The notes beneath the pieces were generated by a model that was given only the letters and a program-made list of their open reading frames with translations, was not told where the DNA came from and did not search any database. Of a stretch of DNA of 64,000 bases, positions 1-8,558 are shown piece after piece. The stretch spans positions 12,664 to 76,663 of the forward strand of contig JAUSKC010000017.1 of assembly GCA_030647125.1 (NCBI GenBank), in the 5' to 3' direction. Made by a program: the position numbers and the translations under genes. Within the stretch, counting starts at the first letter, position 1. Every line of letters begins with the position of its first letter. Source of the DNA: Nanobdellota archaeon. Its GTDB lineage: Archaea; Nanobdellota; Nanobdellia; Pacearchaeales; GW2011-AR1.

Positions 1-414
1 TGCAATTATTTGTGTGTTTGCTCCGGATGCATAAAGCAATACAGGATCTTTTGCTCCAGTGATTCTTCCAATTTCTTGATGTGCAATGCAATGATTTACC
101 GGAACTACGGGGACGTTCAACTTTAATGCAATTTCTTTTGTGAATTTTAGACCTTCTAATAAACACGGAGCAAGACCAGGACCTTGTGAGAAGGCAACAG
201 CGTCGATATCTTTTTCTTTTATTCCTGCTTCTTTTATTGCGCTTTCATAAACTTTATTTTTAACAGCGGCGTGGTGTTTTGCAACTTCCGTCGGTATCAT
301 GCCACCGCTTCCATCTTTTGTAGTAAATGCATCTTTCACATTTGACAATATTTTTCCATTTTTAACGACGCCAATTCCAAAAGTGTGCGCGGTCGATTCT
401 ATTCCTAGTATCAT
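1..414 (-). CDS. kae1: Kae1/OSGEP-family tRNA threonylcarbamoyltransferase, N-terminal part (the rest lies outside the window)
   Basis: Own minus-strand translation from ATG at 414: MILGIESTAHTFGIGVV...GPGLAPCLLEG...VPVNHCIAHQEIG. This is the typical Kae1/TsaD N-terminus with the HxxH metal motif. It is absent from the ORF track because it runs off the window edge. Confidence 0.8.
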   Translation of the reverse strand, partial: MILGIESTAHTFGIGVVKNGKILSNVKDAFTTKDGSGGMIPTEVAKHHAAVKNKVYESAIKEAGIKEKDIDAVAFSQGPGLAPCLLEGLKFTKEIALKLNVPVVPVNHCIAHQEIGRITGAKDPVLLYASGANTQIIA

Positions 415-464
415 GAATATTAAATTAAATATATCTTTATAAATAATTTGCAATATGATAAATA

Positions 465-878
465 ATGACTAGTGAATTACCTTTTTATGAGTTGTATCCT
501 ACTTTTGAGATTCAAAGAGAGGGAGGAATTTTACCTAGAATATATCTACCAAAAGATTTTATAAAAATTCTACCAAGTTTTTATAATCAAGGAAGAAAAA
601 AGACAGTTGATGATTATGCTCAAAATCTTGGAAGGGTGTTTGAATTTACGCCATTAAAAAGTGAAATAGAATTGTGTTGGGGGAATAAAACGGGAGTAGA
701 ATACGGTGATGAAACTGGACTCATTCATATTAGTGTTGGACTGAGGGAAAGATTAGATTTGGGTTTTAGTTGTGGTGGAGCCTGTTTTATAGAATCTAAT
801 CTAGGGACACATAACTCATTTATCACTGGAGCCATTGCAATGAAATATGTTTCTGAGTTATTAAAAACAATTATATAA
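465..878 (+). CDS. hypothetical protein
   Basis: 137-aa ORF in an otherwise empty interval. No motif recognised. Confidence 0.45.
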   Translation: MTSELPFYELYPTFEIQREGGILPRIYLPKDFIKILPSFYNQGRKKTVDDYAQNLGRVFEFTPLKSEIELCWGNKTGVEYGDETGLIHISVGLRERLDLGFSCGGACFIESNLGTHNSFITGAIAMKYVSELLKTII

Positions 879-1061
879 ATAAAGATAAAAAATTAATTAT
901 AAATAACTTTGCTAAGAGGGAATTTAGGTGAAAGGATTCGTGGGGCGTGTTACCTAAGGTTAATAATCTCACATTTTTTAAAATGTCGAATTCAAAACTA
1001 AACTTTTAAGAGGATTTTTAAAGTTGTAAAACAAAAGTATAATATAAAAAAGTGGTGAAAT

Positions 1062-2015
1062 ATGGTAAACCCTAAAACTCAAATAGTACCTGTCCCATGG
1101 GCTCATACAAAATTGAGGATTGCAATAGTAGTAATTCTGGGCGCTTTTATTACATTGTTGGTAGTGTTTTATATAATTGGATCTTTCAATATTAGAAATT
1201 CTAATGCTAGACAATCAAATGTTCGGGAGTTTCCAGAAAAATGGATTGTGGGTGAATTATATATTTATAATTTCTCTTCTGGATTGAGCTCTTTGTTATA
1301 CCCTAATGGCATTCCAGAAGATGCTCTCTATAATTTCTATCTAGGTTCGGGGTCTCTTCCGGCGGGACTTATTCTTGGTCTTGATGGAGTATTGAAGGGC
1401 ACGCCTACGGGAAAAGGTAGTACCTTTGAAATCTGTATAAAAGATGTTGATGAAAATTCTGCATGCGAAACCTATCTTATTAATACGAATTATGCAGAAG
1501 CAGATATTCCTGATGAATCAGTTGATAATAATATTCCAGTAGTCGATGATACAACAAAACCAGCGTCAGTCACAATTAATAATGGATCTTGTGTCATAAG
1601 TAATAATGGTTACATTGATATTCCTAAAACTATGTGCCAAGTAGGTGGATCATACGCTAAGGCATATGAGATCAAGGTATCGGGTTCTATGACTGGTCCT
1701 GTGGGCACTGTTTTTTCTTTTGGTGAAAATCCACAAATTCCTGATCTAGCTGATGAATCCTTTTCTTGCGGAGGATGGGAAAAAGATAAGATAATGCATT
1801 ACTGCACGAGGAAAGTCAATTCAAATTTCGAGACCGCACAATGGTCCCTTATAAGATATAAGATTGCTGGAGAGATGATTAATGTTAATCCCAATATGCA
1901 AGTAATCATCAATGCAAGTGTAAGAAACGAGACTCGTATGTGGGAAACCGAGGCTAATGCAATATATACTATCTCCTGCCCGAAAATAGACTACTGCTCC
2001 CTGGTGAAATCTTAA
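1062..2015 (+). CDS. membrane-anchored extracellular protein, possible Ig-like domain
   Basis: N-terminal hydrophobic helix (IAIVVILGAFITLLVVFYIIG). The LPAGLILGLDGVLKGTPTGKGSTFEICIKD segment resembles the putative-Ig (LPxGL...G.l.GTP) motif. Confidence 0.5.
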   Translation: MVNPKTQIVPVPWAHTKLRIAIVVILGAFITLLVVFYIIGSFNIRNSNARQSNVREFPEKWIVGELYIYNFSSGLSSLLYPNGIPEDALYNFYLGSGSLPAGLILGLDGVLKGTPTGKGSTFEICIKDVDENSACETYLINTNYAEADIPDESVDNNIPVVDDTTKPASVTINNGSCVISNNGYIDIPKTMCQVGGSYAKAYEIKVSGSMTGPVGTVFSFGENPQIPDLADESFSCGGWEKDKIMHYCTRKVNSNFETAQWSLIRYKIAGEMINVNPNMQVIINASVRNETRMWETEANAIYTISCPKIDYCSLVKS

Positions 2016-2215
2016 AGACAAGGCTGAAAATAACTAATGATTATCTCCTATATAAATTCTTAACAATTAACTTCTTCAGAAAAAATTGATGTTACAAATC
2101 TTATCATATTTTCTGATATAGATCATATAATAAAAAGTATTACACAGAACTCGTGGGAACGCCTCCCTTTTTTATCTAGGAAAAATCTTATATAATCAAA
2201 GATTTTTAATTAATT

Positions 2216-3031
2216 ATGGGAGATATCGCACTTGTATATATGGTTGCTGGACTTTCAAGCAGATTTGGAGGAAAGATAAAACAATTCGCTGAAGTAGGTT
2301 TGCAGGGGGAAACTTTAATTGAAGTTTCTTTAAGTCAAGCTCTTCCTGCTGGTTTCACAAAAATAATATTTATAGTGGGAGAAAAAACAGAGATTCCATT
2401 TAAAGAAAAATTCGGAGATAGGTACAATGGAATTCCAGTTTATTATGCTGTGCAAAATTATGATTCTAAAATAAGAAAAAAGCCGTGGGGAACAAATGAT
2501 TCTTTATGCAGTGCAAAAGGATTAATAGATTGTCCCTTTGTTGTTTGCAATGGGGACGATTTATATGGAAAAGAACCATTCAAGATACTTGTTCAGCATT
2601 TGAAGAGAAAATTAACAGATGCCACCATAGGTTACAAACTTGGAGAAGTTCTTCCAGAAGAGGGAGAAGTAAACAGGGGAATATTCAAAATTAAACAAAA
2701 AACAAACATAATAGAATGTCTTAAAGAAGAATTTAAAATTTCTAAAGCAAACTTAGTTTTAAGGAATCTTTCAAGAGATGACTTATGCAGCATGAATATT
2801 TTTGCACTTTATCCCAAAACTTTAGAATTGTTAAATAAAATACTAATAGAATTTAAAGAAAAACATAAAAATAATCCTGAGATTGAATGTCTACTTCCTG
2901 AAGAGATTAATAGATTAATAACAGCTGGGAAAATAACAATGGAAATATATCCTACAAATGAAAAATGGATGGGTATAACTAATCCAGGGGATGAGATAAT
3001 GGTTAAAGAAAGTCTAAAAAACAAAAATTAG
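2216..3031 (+). CDS. sugar-phosphate nucleotidyltransferase family protein
   Basis: N-terminal MVAGLSSRFGG motif (GxGxRf-type NTP-transferase loop) and a Rossmann-like layout. Confidence 0.6.
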   Translation: MGDIALVYMVAGLSSRFGGKIKQFAEVGLQGETLIEVSLSQALPAGFTKIIFIVGEKTEIPFKEKFGDRYNGIPVYYAVQNYDSKIRKKPWGTNDSLCSAKGLIDCPFVVCNGDDLYGKEPFKILVQHLKRKLTDATIGYKLGEVLPEEGEVNRGIFKIKQKTNIIECLKEEFKISKANLVLRNLSRDDLCSMNIFALYPKTLELLNKILIEFKEKHKNNPEIECLLPEEINRLITAGKITMEIYPTNEKWMGITNPGDEIMVKESLKNKN

Positions 3032-3083
3032 ATGAATTATATAAAAATATATTAATAAAAAAATAAAAATAAATTAAGAAGAA

Positions 3084-3227
3084 TTATCTTTTCTTCTTTT
3101 TCTTAGCAGATTTTTTTCTTTTGCCGCCTCGAGCCATTATTGCTTCACAGACATTACCCTTACCATCAACATAATAAAGGCGTCCTGGCTTTCTCTTAAC
3201 AACGTTCTTTACAATTATAGTTCCCAT
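3084..3227 (-). CDS. small basic protein (47 aa), below the ORF-track size cutoff
   Basis: Own translation: MGTIIVKNVVKRKPGRLYYVDGKGNVCEAIMARGGKRKKSAKKKKKR*. A strong GGAGGTG lies 4 nt upstream of the ATG. Confidence 0.45.
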   Translation of the reverse strand: MGTIIVKNVVKRKPGRLYYVDGKGNVCEAIMARGGKRKKSAKKKKKR

Positions 3228-3257
3228 TTCACACCTCCTTTTTGAATTATAATAATC

Positions 3258-3629
3258 TTAAATCAAAATTCTTTTTAAATCTTTCGAATTATCGTCGAGA
3301 ACGTGCAAAATCTTATTATAATTGGAATTTATAGGTATTTCAACAAGTTTCTTGTATTTTTTTGATGGGGAGATAGAAAAAGCCCATGGAGTAACGACCT
3401 TTTTCTCAAGAATTTTATTGTTTTTATCGAGCCAAAGGACGACAAAAGGGTAGAAAACAAACCAAGAATGAATTGGCATTTTAACATCGTACGAGAATTC
3501 GAACATTAGCGCTTTAGCGCTTTCACGACGGGAAAACATCAATCCGATAATTCTTTCAAAGGAATTGCACTGATAAACATCTAATGAAAATTTACTTCCA
3601 CCACGAATGATTATTTTCTTTTTTTTCAT
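3258..3629 (-). CDS. DUF192-like protein
   Basis: RIIGLMFSR...MPIHSWFVFYPFVVLWLD...VVTPW pattern, as in DUF192/COG1430. Confidence 0.55.
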   Translation of the reverse strand: MKKKKIIIRGGSKFSLDVYQCNSFERIIGLMFSRRESAKALMFEFSYDVKMPIHSWFVFYPFVVLWLDKNNKILEKKVVTPWAFSISPSKKYKKLVEIPINSNYNKILHVLDDNSKDLKRILI

Positions 3630-4023
3630 AAAAAGTTAATTTTTCTTTTGCCTTTTCCTCTTTGGAGTTCATGTAAAGCTTAAAGTGTTTATTAACATTC
3701 GTCTCGCAAACAAAATCATGATGCCTGAAGCCTCCTCCAAATGCCTTTGGAATGTGCATAAGTTCGTGGATTATTACTTTAGTTTGTTCTTCTTTCGGTA
3801 GTTTATCAAAACGCTCGTGAATAAATTCAAGAGGATAAAATGCATCAACGCCAAGAGATATCTGCATTATTTTTGAAAGGGCATGACAGCGGGCAATTGT
3901 TCCGCGCGAACTTGTTCCATAACTTCTGAAACATTTTATTCTTTCCACTTTGATATGGGGGTATAAAAGTCTAGAAATCTCATTCGCTGTTTCTTGAATA
4001 TCGGGCGCAGATTCGTATTTCAT
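3592..4023 (-). CDS. predicted zinc metallopeptidase (HExxH)
   Basis: VIIHELMHIPKAFGGGFRHHD, an HExxH motif in a small archaeal predicted-metallopeptidase-like frame. Confidence 0.55.
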   Translation of the reverse strand: MKYESAPDIQETANEISRLLYPHIKVERIKCFRSYGTSSRGTIARCHALSKIMQISLGVDAFYPLEFIHERFDKLPKEEQTKVIIHELMHIPKAFGGGFRHHDFVCETNVNKHFKLYMNSKEEKAKEKLTFYEKKENNHSWWK

Positions 4024-4079
4024 AATTAGATTATAATAAAGTTCTTTATTAAGATTATTAACCTCGTAAAAGTTATAAA

Positions 4080-4292
4080 TTAATTAATCTCAACCAATTT
4101 CTTCTTTGAGGTTTTCCCAGATCTTATTTTAACTTCTTTTGCTCCAAAATGTTTTTTAAGAAGTTTAATAAGTTCTTCATTTGCTTTGTTGTTTTCCGGA
4201 TGGGATTTTAGGTAAACTTTAAATTCACTTTCAGAAATCTTTTCAATTTCTTGTTTTCCCGACGATGGTTTGACTTTTATAGATAGTATCAT
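4080..4292 (-). CDS. DUF167 (YggU-like) protein
   Basis: 70-aa protein with IKVKPSSGKQEI...KVYLKSHPENNKANEELIKLL...IRSGKTSKKKLVEI, the typical DUF167 pattern. It has a 4-nt overlap with the upstream GTPase gene. Confidence 0.6.
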   Translation of the reverse strand: MILSIKVKPSSGKQEIEKISESEFKVYLKSHPENNKANEELIKLLKKHFGAKEVKIRSGKTSKKKLVEIN

Positions 4293-5479
4293 CTCGTAAC
4301 AATTTCCAAAGCGTCGCGATGTTTTAATTTATGTTCTTTGCCCCAAGCCATCTTTGAGCGGGCGTCAATTGCTTTTATGAAATTCTTTCCGAAGTCAGTA
4401 TGCAAGTGATATGCAAAGTCCAACGCGGTTGATTCAGGAGGCAAGAGGAAACAATCAGGCAAAATATTTCCTTTTGAGTCAGCTAATTTATTTGCGCCTG
4501 CGGGGAAGATTGCAATATATTTTAACAAATCAAAAACCGCGAGATTTAAAATTTCTTGAACTCCTGTTCCTTGATAAACATCCAAAACATTTTTCTTCAT
4601 TTTTTCTAAAGCAGCTTTTTGGCCTGAACTTAAGTTCTTTTTTATTTCAAAATGATCATTTCCTGGAACGTAATCAATTAAACCTGCTTTAGCTGCTTGC
4701 CTTAATGCAAGTTCAGAATCAGTTGAACACGCGTAAATTAATTTATTAGGATAAGCGGACTCCAGCTTTGCAAGATTTGTTTTTGCATTTTCATGGTCGC
4801 ATTTGTTTGCTGCAATTATCATGGGCTTTGAAATTTCGCGAAGTGAAGAAGCAAATTTTAAAATTTGTTCGTTAGTCCATAAAGTTGGTTTTTCCGGCAA
4901 GTTTGCTGAACGCAAGACCGCTTTAACCTGTTCTTCATTAACTTTCAAACCAGAAAATTGTTTTACAACAGCATCGGAGAATTTTGCTTTTTCCATCTCG
5001 GCCTTTCGGGCGAAACCGCGCCAGACCTTGTTTAAGATATTGTAATACCATAAATTTAATTCGTTTTCTAAAAATTTGACGTCCTCGACAGGAGAGTAAG
5101 TGCTTCCTTCAGGTAAGGGTTTTCCTTCTGCGTCGGTCATTCCAGATAAGTCAACAAGATGAATAAATACGTCTGCCTGCCTTAAATCATCTAAAAATTG
5201 ATTTCCAAGGCCCTTTCCTTCTGATGCGCCAGGAACTAAGCCAGCGACGTCCATTAAGTCAACTGGAACGAAACGCCAGTGATTTATGCAAAATCCGTGA
5301 GCGGGATTACATTGAACATTAAACTCTTTATCAATGCATTCAACTTTCACGTATCCGACGCCGTGATTTGGTTTTATTGTAGTAAAAGGATATGCCGCAA
5401 TTTCAACTTCTGCCAGCGTCGCAGCTTTGAAAAAGGTACTTTTTCCTACCGAAGGTTTTCCAACGAGACCGATTAACAT
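4289..5479 (-). CDS. YchF/OLA1-like P-loop GTPase/ATPase with C-terminal TGS-like domain
   Basis: GLVGKPSVGKSTFF Walker A, YPFTTIKPN G2 region, DVAGLV G3 and NKCD G4. Confidence 0.8.
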   Translation of the reverse strand: MLIGLVGKPSVGKSTFFKAATLAEVEIAAYPFTTIKPNHGVGYVKVECIDKEFNVQCNPAHGFCINHWRFVPVDLMDVAGLVPGASEGKGLGNQFLDDLRQADVFIHLVDLSGMTDAEGKPLPEGSTYSPVEDVKFLENELNLWYYNILNKVWRGFARKAEMEKAKFSDAVVKQFSGLKVNEEQVKAVLRSANLPEKPTLWTNEQILKFASSLREISKPMIIAANKCDHENAKTNLAKLESAYPNKLIYACSTDSELALRQAAKAGLIDYVPGNDHFEIKKNLSSGQKAALEKMKKNVLDVYQGTGVQEILNLAVFDLLKYIAIFPAGANKLADSKGNILPDCFLLPPESTALDFAYHLHTDFGKNFIKAIDARSKMAWGKEHKLKHRDALEIVTR

Positions 5480-5542
5480 GACTTAAAAGAATGAAAAACC
5501 TTTAAATATCTTATTAAAATCGTAAATAAAGAATATAAAATC

Positions 5543-5565
5543 GAGCCTATAGCTCAGCCAGGTTA
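5543..5565 (+). repeat. 23-nt exact copy of the 5' end of the downstream tRNA-Ile (orphan tRNA 5' fragment)
   Basis: gagcctatagctcagccaggtta occurs at 5543-5565 and again at 5617-5639. The first copy is not followed by a matching D-stem closure, T-arm or 3' acceptor strand. Confidence 0.8.
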
Positions 5566-5616
5566 AAGTGCTTAAATGCACAAACCCGTCTGGTTATAAT
5601 TGCTCAATATAGAAAC

Positions 5617-5737
5617 GAGCCTATAGCTCAGCCAGGTTAGAGCACCGCTCTTATATGAACGCAGTCCTTAAGGATTGTGATCTCTTGGAGATCTCTGAGA
5701 GAGGCGGGGGTCCACAGTTCAAATCTGTGTAGGCTCA
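5617..5737 (+). tRNA. tRNA-Ile (anticodon UAU) with a 46-nt intron at the canonical 37/38 position (intron 5656-5701)
   Basis: Hand fold:
- Acceptor gagccta/taggctc.
- D arm gctc-agccaggtta-gagc.
- Anticodon stem ccgct/ggcgg, loop c-t-TAT-a.
- T arm cacag-ttcaaat-ctgtg, discriminator a.
- Two 3-nt bulges separated by a 4-bp helix (ctta / tgag) place both splice sites symmetrically (BHB-like). Confidence 0.8.
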
Positions 5738-5743
5738 TGTAAA

Positions 5744-5760
5744 AAGAACCTACGGTTCTT
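5744..5760 (+). terminator. hairpin downstream of tRNA-Ile
   Basis: aagaacc-tac-ggttctt, a 7-bp stem directly after the tRNA 3' end. Confidence 0.3.
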
Positions 5761-5823
5761 CTTACGACATCTCCCTTAAGGTGGTTTATTAAAATTTTTA
5801 AACTAGGTTTTATTAAAATAAAA

Positions 5824-6822
5824 ATGGGAATAATAAGAGGGGGAGCAGTTTTGTTTCTTTCAATTGTACTTTTAATTTTGCTTATTTTGACAAACTCTTT
5901 GCTTACTGTAGGACTTTCTTTGAAATATGAAAATTTGCAGCCAGAATTGGCGAATGCTATCCATGGAACCTTGGATGAAATTAATTTCTCTAGTTTTATA
6001 AATGAACAAGCAGATAATGCAAGAAGCACTTGTGCAAGTCCTGGAAACTTTTATTATACAAATAAAAAGACAAACACAAATGTCTTTGTTCCGTGCACAG
6101 TTGTTGAAAGCGGCAAAGCAAATGTAATAAGTTATGTTTCAAAAGGCACGAATTCAAGCGTTGCTAAAAATGATATTGATAAAATTTACTATACAATGCT
6201 TACAACATGCCAAACAGGGAACTACACTTTAACAGAAGATGGACTCAATCAAACTTTTTCTATTCCGTGTGATATTGCAAACCAAGGTAACGAAGCAACA
6301 GTAAATTACACACTAGGCCAAATTGCACAAAAGGCCTATTATCAAAATTACTCGTGTGATTATTGGACATGTATAAAAGAAGGCAATTCACTTGTCATTG
6401 TTTCAGAAAAATCGCAAGAATACTGGATGAATAAATTTTATCTTGCTCTGCTGATTTCTATAGCAATAATTGTTTTATTGTTTTTTATGTTGGAAAAGAA
6501 GTCGGACTTGCTTATTATCGTCGGTATTTTGCTTGCTCTTTCAGTTCTACCAATTCTTAAAATAAATGAATTAATAGTTTATCTTTTAGGAAATGATATG
6601 CTGCAATTCCTTAAAGTATTTGAAACATTATTCAACCAGGCCGGTTACGTTTTCAAGATTTCATTGACAACTGGAGTAATTCTTTTTGTAATTGGAATAG
6701 CTATAAAGATTGCCGGGGGGCTTGAGGCAATACAAGGATTTTTTACAGGCGATAAAAAAGAAAAGGAAATCAAGGACTTAAAGCAAAAAGTAAATACTCT
6801 TGAAAAAGATAAGAAAAAATAA
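5824..6822 (+). CDS. multi-pass membrane protein with Cys-containing extracellular domain, hypothetical
   Basis: N-terminal TM helix, a roughly 190-aa Asn/Thr/Cys-containing domain, then several hydrophobic helices and a Lys-rich tail. Confidence 0.5.
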   Translation: MGIIRGGAVLFLSIVLLILLILTNSLLTVGLSLKYENLQPELANAIHGTLDEINFSSFINEQADNARSTCASPGNFYYTNKKTNTNVFVPCTVVESGKANVISYVSKGTNSSVAKNDIDKIYYTMLTTCQTGNYTLTEDGLNQTFSIPCDIANQGNEATVNYTLGQIAQKAYYQNYSCDYWTCIKEGNSLVIVSEKSQEYWMNKFYLALLISIAIIVLLFFMLEKKSDLLIIVGILLALSVLPILKINELIVYLLGNDMLQFLKVFETLFNQAGYVFKISLTTGVILFVIGIAIKIAGGLEAIQGFFTGDKKEKEIKDLKQKVNTLEKDKKK

Positions 6823-7437
6823 TTATTTAATCTCCTGAATTAAACTTTTATAGGATTCTTTTGGGTTTCTTGATTTCTGTAAGAAAGAACCAATAACAAA
6901 TTCGTCTGCTCCTGCTTTCTTTGCAAGTTTGATTGTATCTGGATTTATTCCCCCGTCGACTTCAACAATAACTTTTCTGTTTAGTTTCTTTATTTGTTTT
7001 ATCTTAGTCAACGTGCCTGGAATGAACTTTGCGCCATACTTTCCAGGGTGAACTGTCAAGATTAAGACCTTATCAATTTGTTTTATGTATCTCTTTATTT
7101 TGCTTACAGGCGTTTCAGGATTTAATGCAATTCCAATTTTTTGGCCGGACGACCTTACAAACTTAATAATTTGAGCTGCTTGATTAGTAGATTCTATTTG
7201 AAAGATTACACTTTTTACAAAACATATATTTGTAGCAATCCACTCTTCTGGCTTTTTTATCATTAAATGAGCTTCATAGTTCTTTCTTGGCAATTCCAGA
7301 TTTTTATCCAAAGAATTATTCTTAACAAACTTTCCGTCCATAACATCAAGTTGAATTAATTTTGCAAATTTGACTTTTCTAAAACGTTGATTAAACTCTT
7401 TCTGATTGTGTGATATTATTGAGGGTATGATTTTCAT
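6823..7437 (-). CDS. rpe: ribulose-phosphate 3-epimerase
   Basis: DVMDGKFV, HLM, NPETP, LILTVHPG and VDGGIN motifs of the RPE TIM barrel. Confidence 0.8.
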   Translation of the reverse strand: MKIIPSIISHNQKEFNQRFRKVKFAKLIQLDVMDGKFVKNNSLDKNLELPRKNYEAHLMIKKPEEWIATNICFVKSVIFQIESTNQAAQIIKFVRSSGQKIGIALNPETPVSKIKRYIKQIDKVLILTVHPGKYGAKFIPGTLTKIKQIKKLNRKVIVEVDGGINPDTIKLAKKAGADEFVIGSFLQKSRNPKESYKSLIQEIK

Positions 7438-7523
7438 TTTACCTTATGTAAATAATCAAACGATACTTTTATAACTATCTGTTAATTTATTTTTTTATTA
7501 AAAGGGGTATTAAAAAGAGGAGC

Positions 7524-8504
7524 ATGAAAGTTGCAATAAATGGCTTTGGGCGAATAGGGCGTATTGTTTTTAAATTATGTTTAGAGGCAGGAATAAATGT
7601 TGTTGCAATCAATGATTTGACAAGTACTGACGTCCTTTCTTATTTATTAAAATATGATTCTGTTTATGGACATTATAATAAAAGAGTTGAAGCTGGAAAT
7701 GGATTTATTTCTGTTGGAGGAAAAAAATATGATGTCTTTGCAGAAAAAGACCCTTCAAGATTGCCTTGGAAAAAATTAGGAGTTGATATTGTTGTTGAGT
7801 CAACCGGTTTCTTTACTGATAGAGAAGGAGCAGGAAAACATTTGAAAGCGGGAGCTAAAAAAGTTGTTATAACTGCGCCTGCAAAAAATCCTGATATTAC
7901 AATTCTTCCTGGAGTGAATAATAAAGAACTCAAAAAAACAGATAAGATAATTTCTGTCGCTTCATGCACTACTAATGCTTTGTTGCCTGTAATAAAGGTC
8001 TTAGATGATAATTTCGGCGTCGAGAAGGGCTTTATGAATACCGCGCACGCTTATACTGCAACTCAAGGATTAGTTGACGGGCCAAATAAAAGTTTAAGGC
8101 GCGGGCGTGCTGCCGCTCAAAACATTATTCCTTCAACTTCGGGCGCAACAGAAGCAGTAGGGGATGTACTTCCTAAAATGAAAGGAAAAATGAACGGACT
8201 ATCATTAAGAGTTCCTGTACTTGACGGGAGCATAGTTGATTTCGTCGCGATTTTAAAAAAATCTGCAAGTGTTGAACAAATAAATTCCGCATTCAAGAAA
8301 GCCTCAGAAAAAGAATTAAAGGGGATAATGAGATTTAATGAAGATGAAATTGTTTCGTCGGATATTATAGGAGACAAACATAGTTCAATTGTGGATGGAA
8401 CGCTAACACAAAGCATGGGAAATTTTGTAAGAGTTCTTGCATGGTACGACAATGAGTATGGCTATACGAACAGAGTTATTGACGTGCTGAAGATGTTGAG
8501 ATGA
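7524..8504 (+). CDS. gap: glyceraldehyde-3-phosphate dehydrogenase, class I (bacterial/eukaryotic type)
   Basis: MKVAINGFGRIGR N-terminus, the SCTTNAL catalytic-Cys motif and a WYDNEYGY C-terminal motif. Confidence 0.9.
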   Translation: MKVAINGFGRIGRIVFKLCLEAGINVVAINDLTSTDVLSYLLKYDSVYGHYNKRVEAGNGFISVGGKKYDVFAEKDPSRLPWKKLGVDIVVESTGFFTDREGAGKHLKAGAKKVVITAPAKNPDITILPGVNNKELKKTDKIISVASCTTNALLPVIKVLDDNFGVEKGFMNTAHAYTATQGLVDGPNKSLRRGRAAAQNIIPSTSGATEAVGDVLPKMKGKMNGLSLRVPVLDGSIVDFVAILKKSASVEQINSAFKKASEKELKGIMRFNEDEIVSSDIIGDKHSSIVDGTLTQSMGNFVRVLAWYDNEYGYTNRVIDVLKMLR

Positions 8505-8516
8505 AAACATTTAAAT

Positions 8517-8558
8517 ATAACCATTATTTAGGTTATTATAACCATCATTGAGGTTATA
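8517..8558 (+). promoter_or_regulatory. two tandem palindromes ATAACC-N8-GGTTAT directly upstream of the MNT/HEPN pair (candidate operator)
   Basis: ataacc attattta ggttat (8517-8536) and tataacc atcattga ggttata (8537-8558), abutting the ATG at 8559. Confidence 0.5.

Noticed and set aside
5543-5616. The upstream tRNA-Ile 5' copy could be a functional split-tRNA 5' half, or an alternative tRNA with anticodon loop cttaaat.
   Set aside because: The D stem cannot close (aagt instead of gagc). The candidate anticodon hairpin has a 4-bp stem and a 6-nt loop. I could not identify a complementary leader or trailer pairing. It is kept only as an open question.
5637-6029. 130-aa minus-strand ORF.
   Set aside because: It overlaps the tRNA-Ile gene and the 5' end of the plus-strand membrane protein gene. 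It is a shadow ORF.
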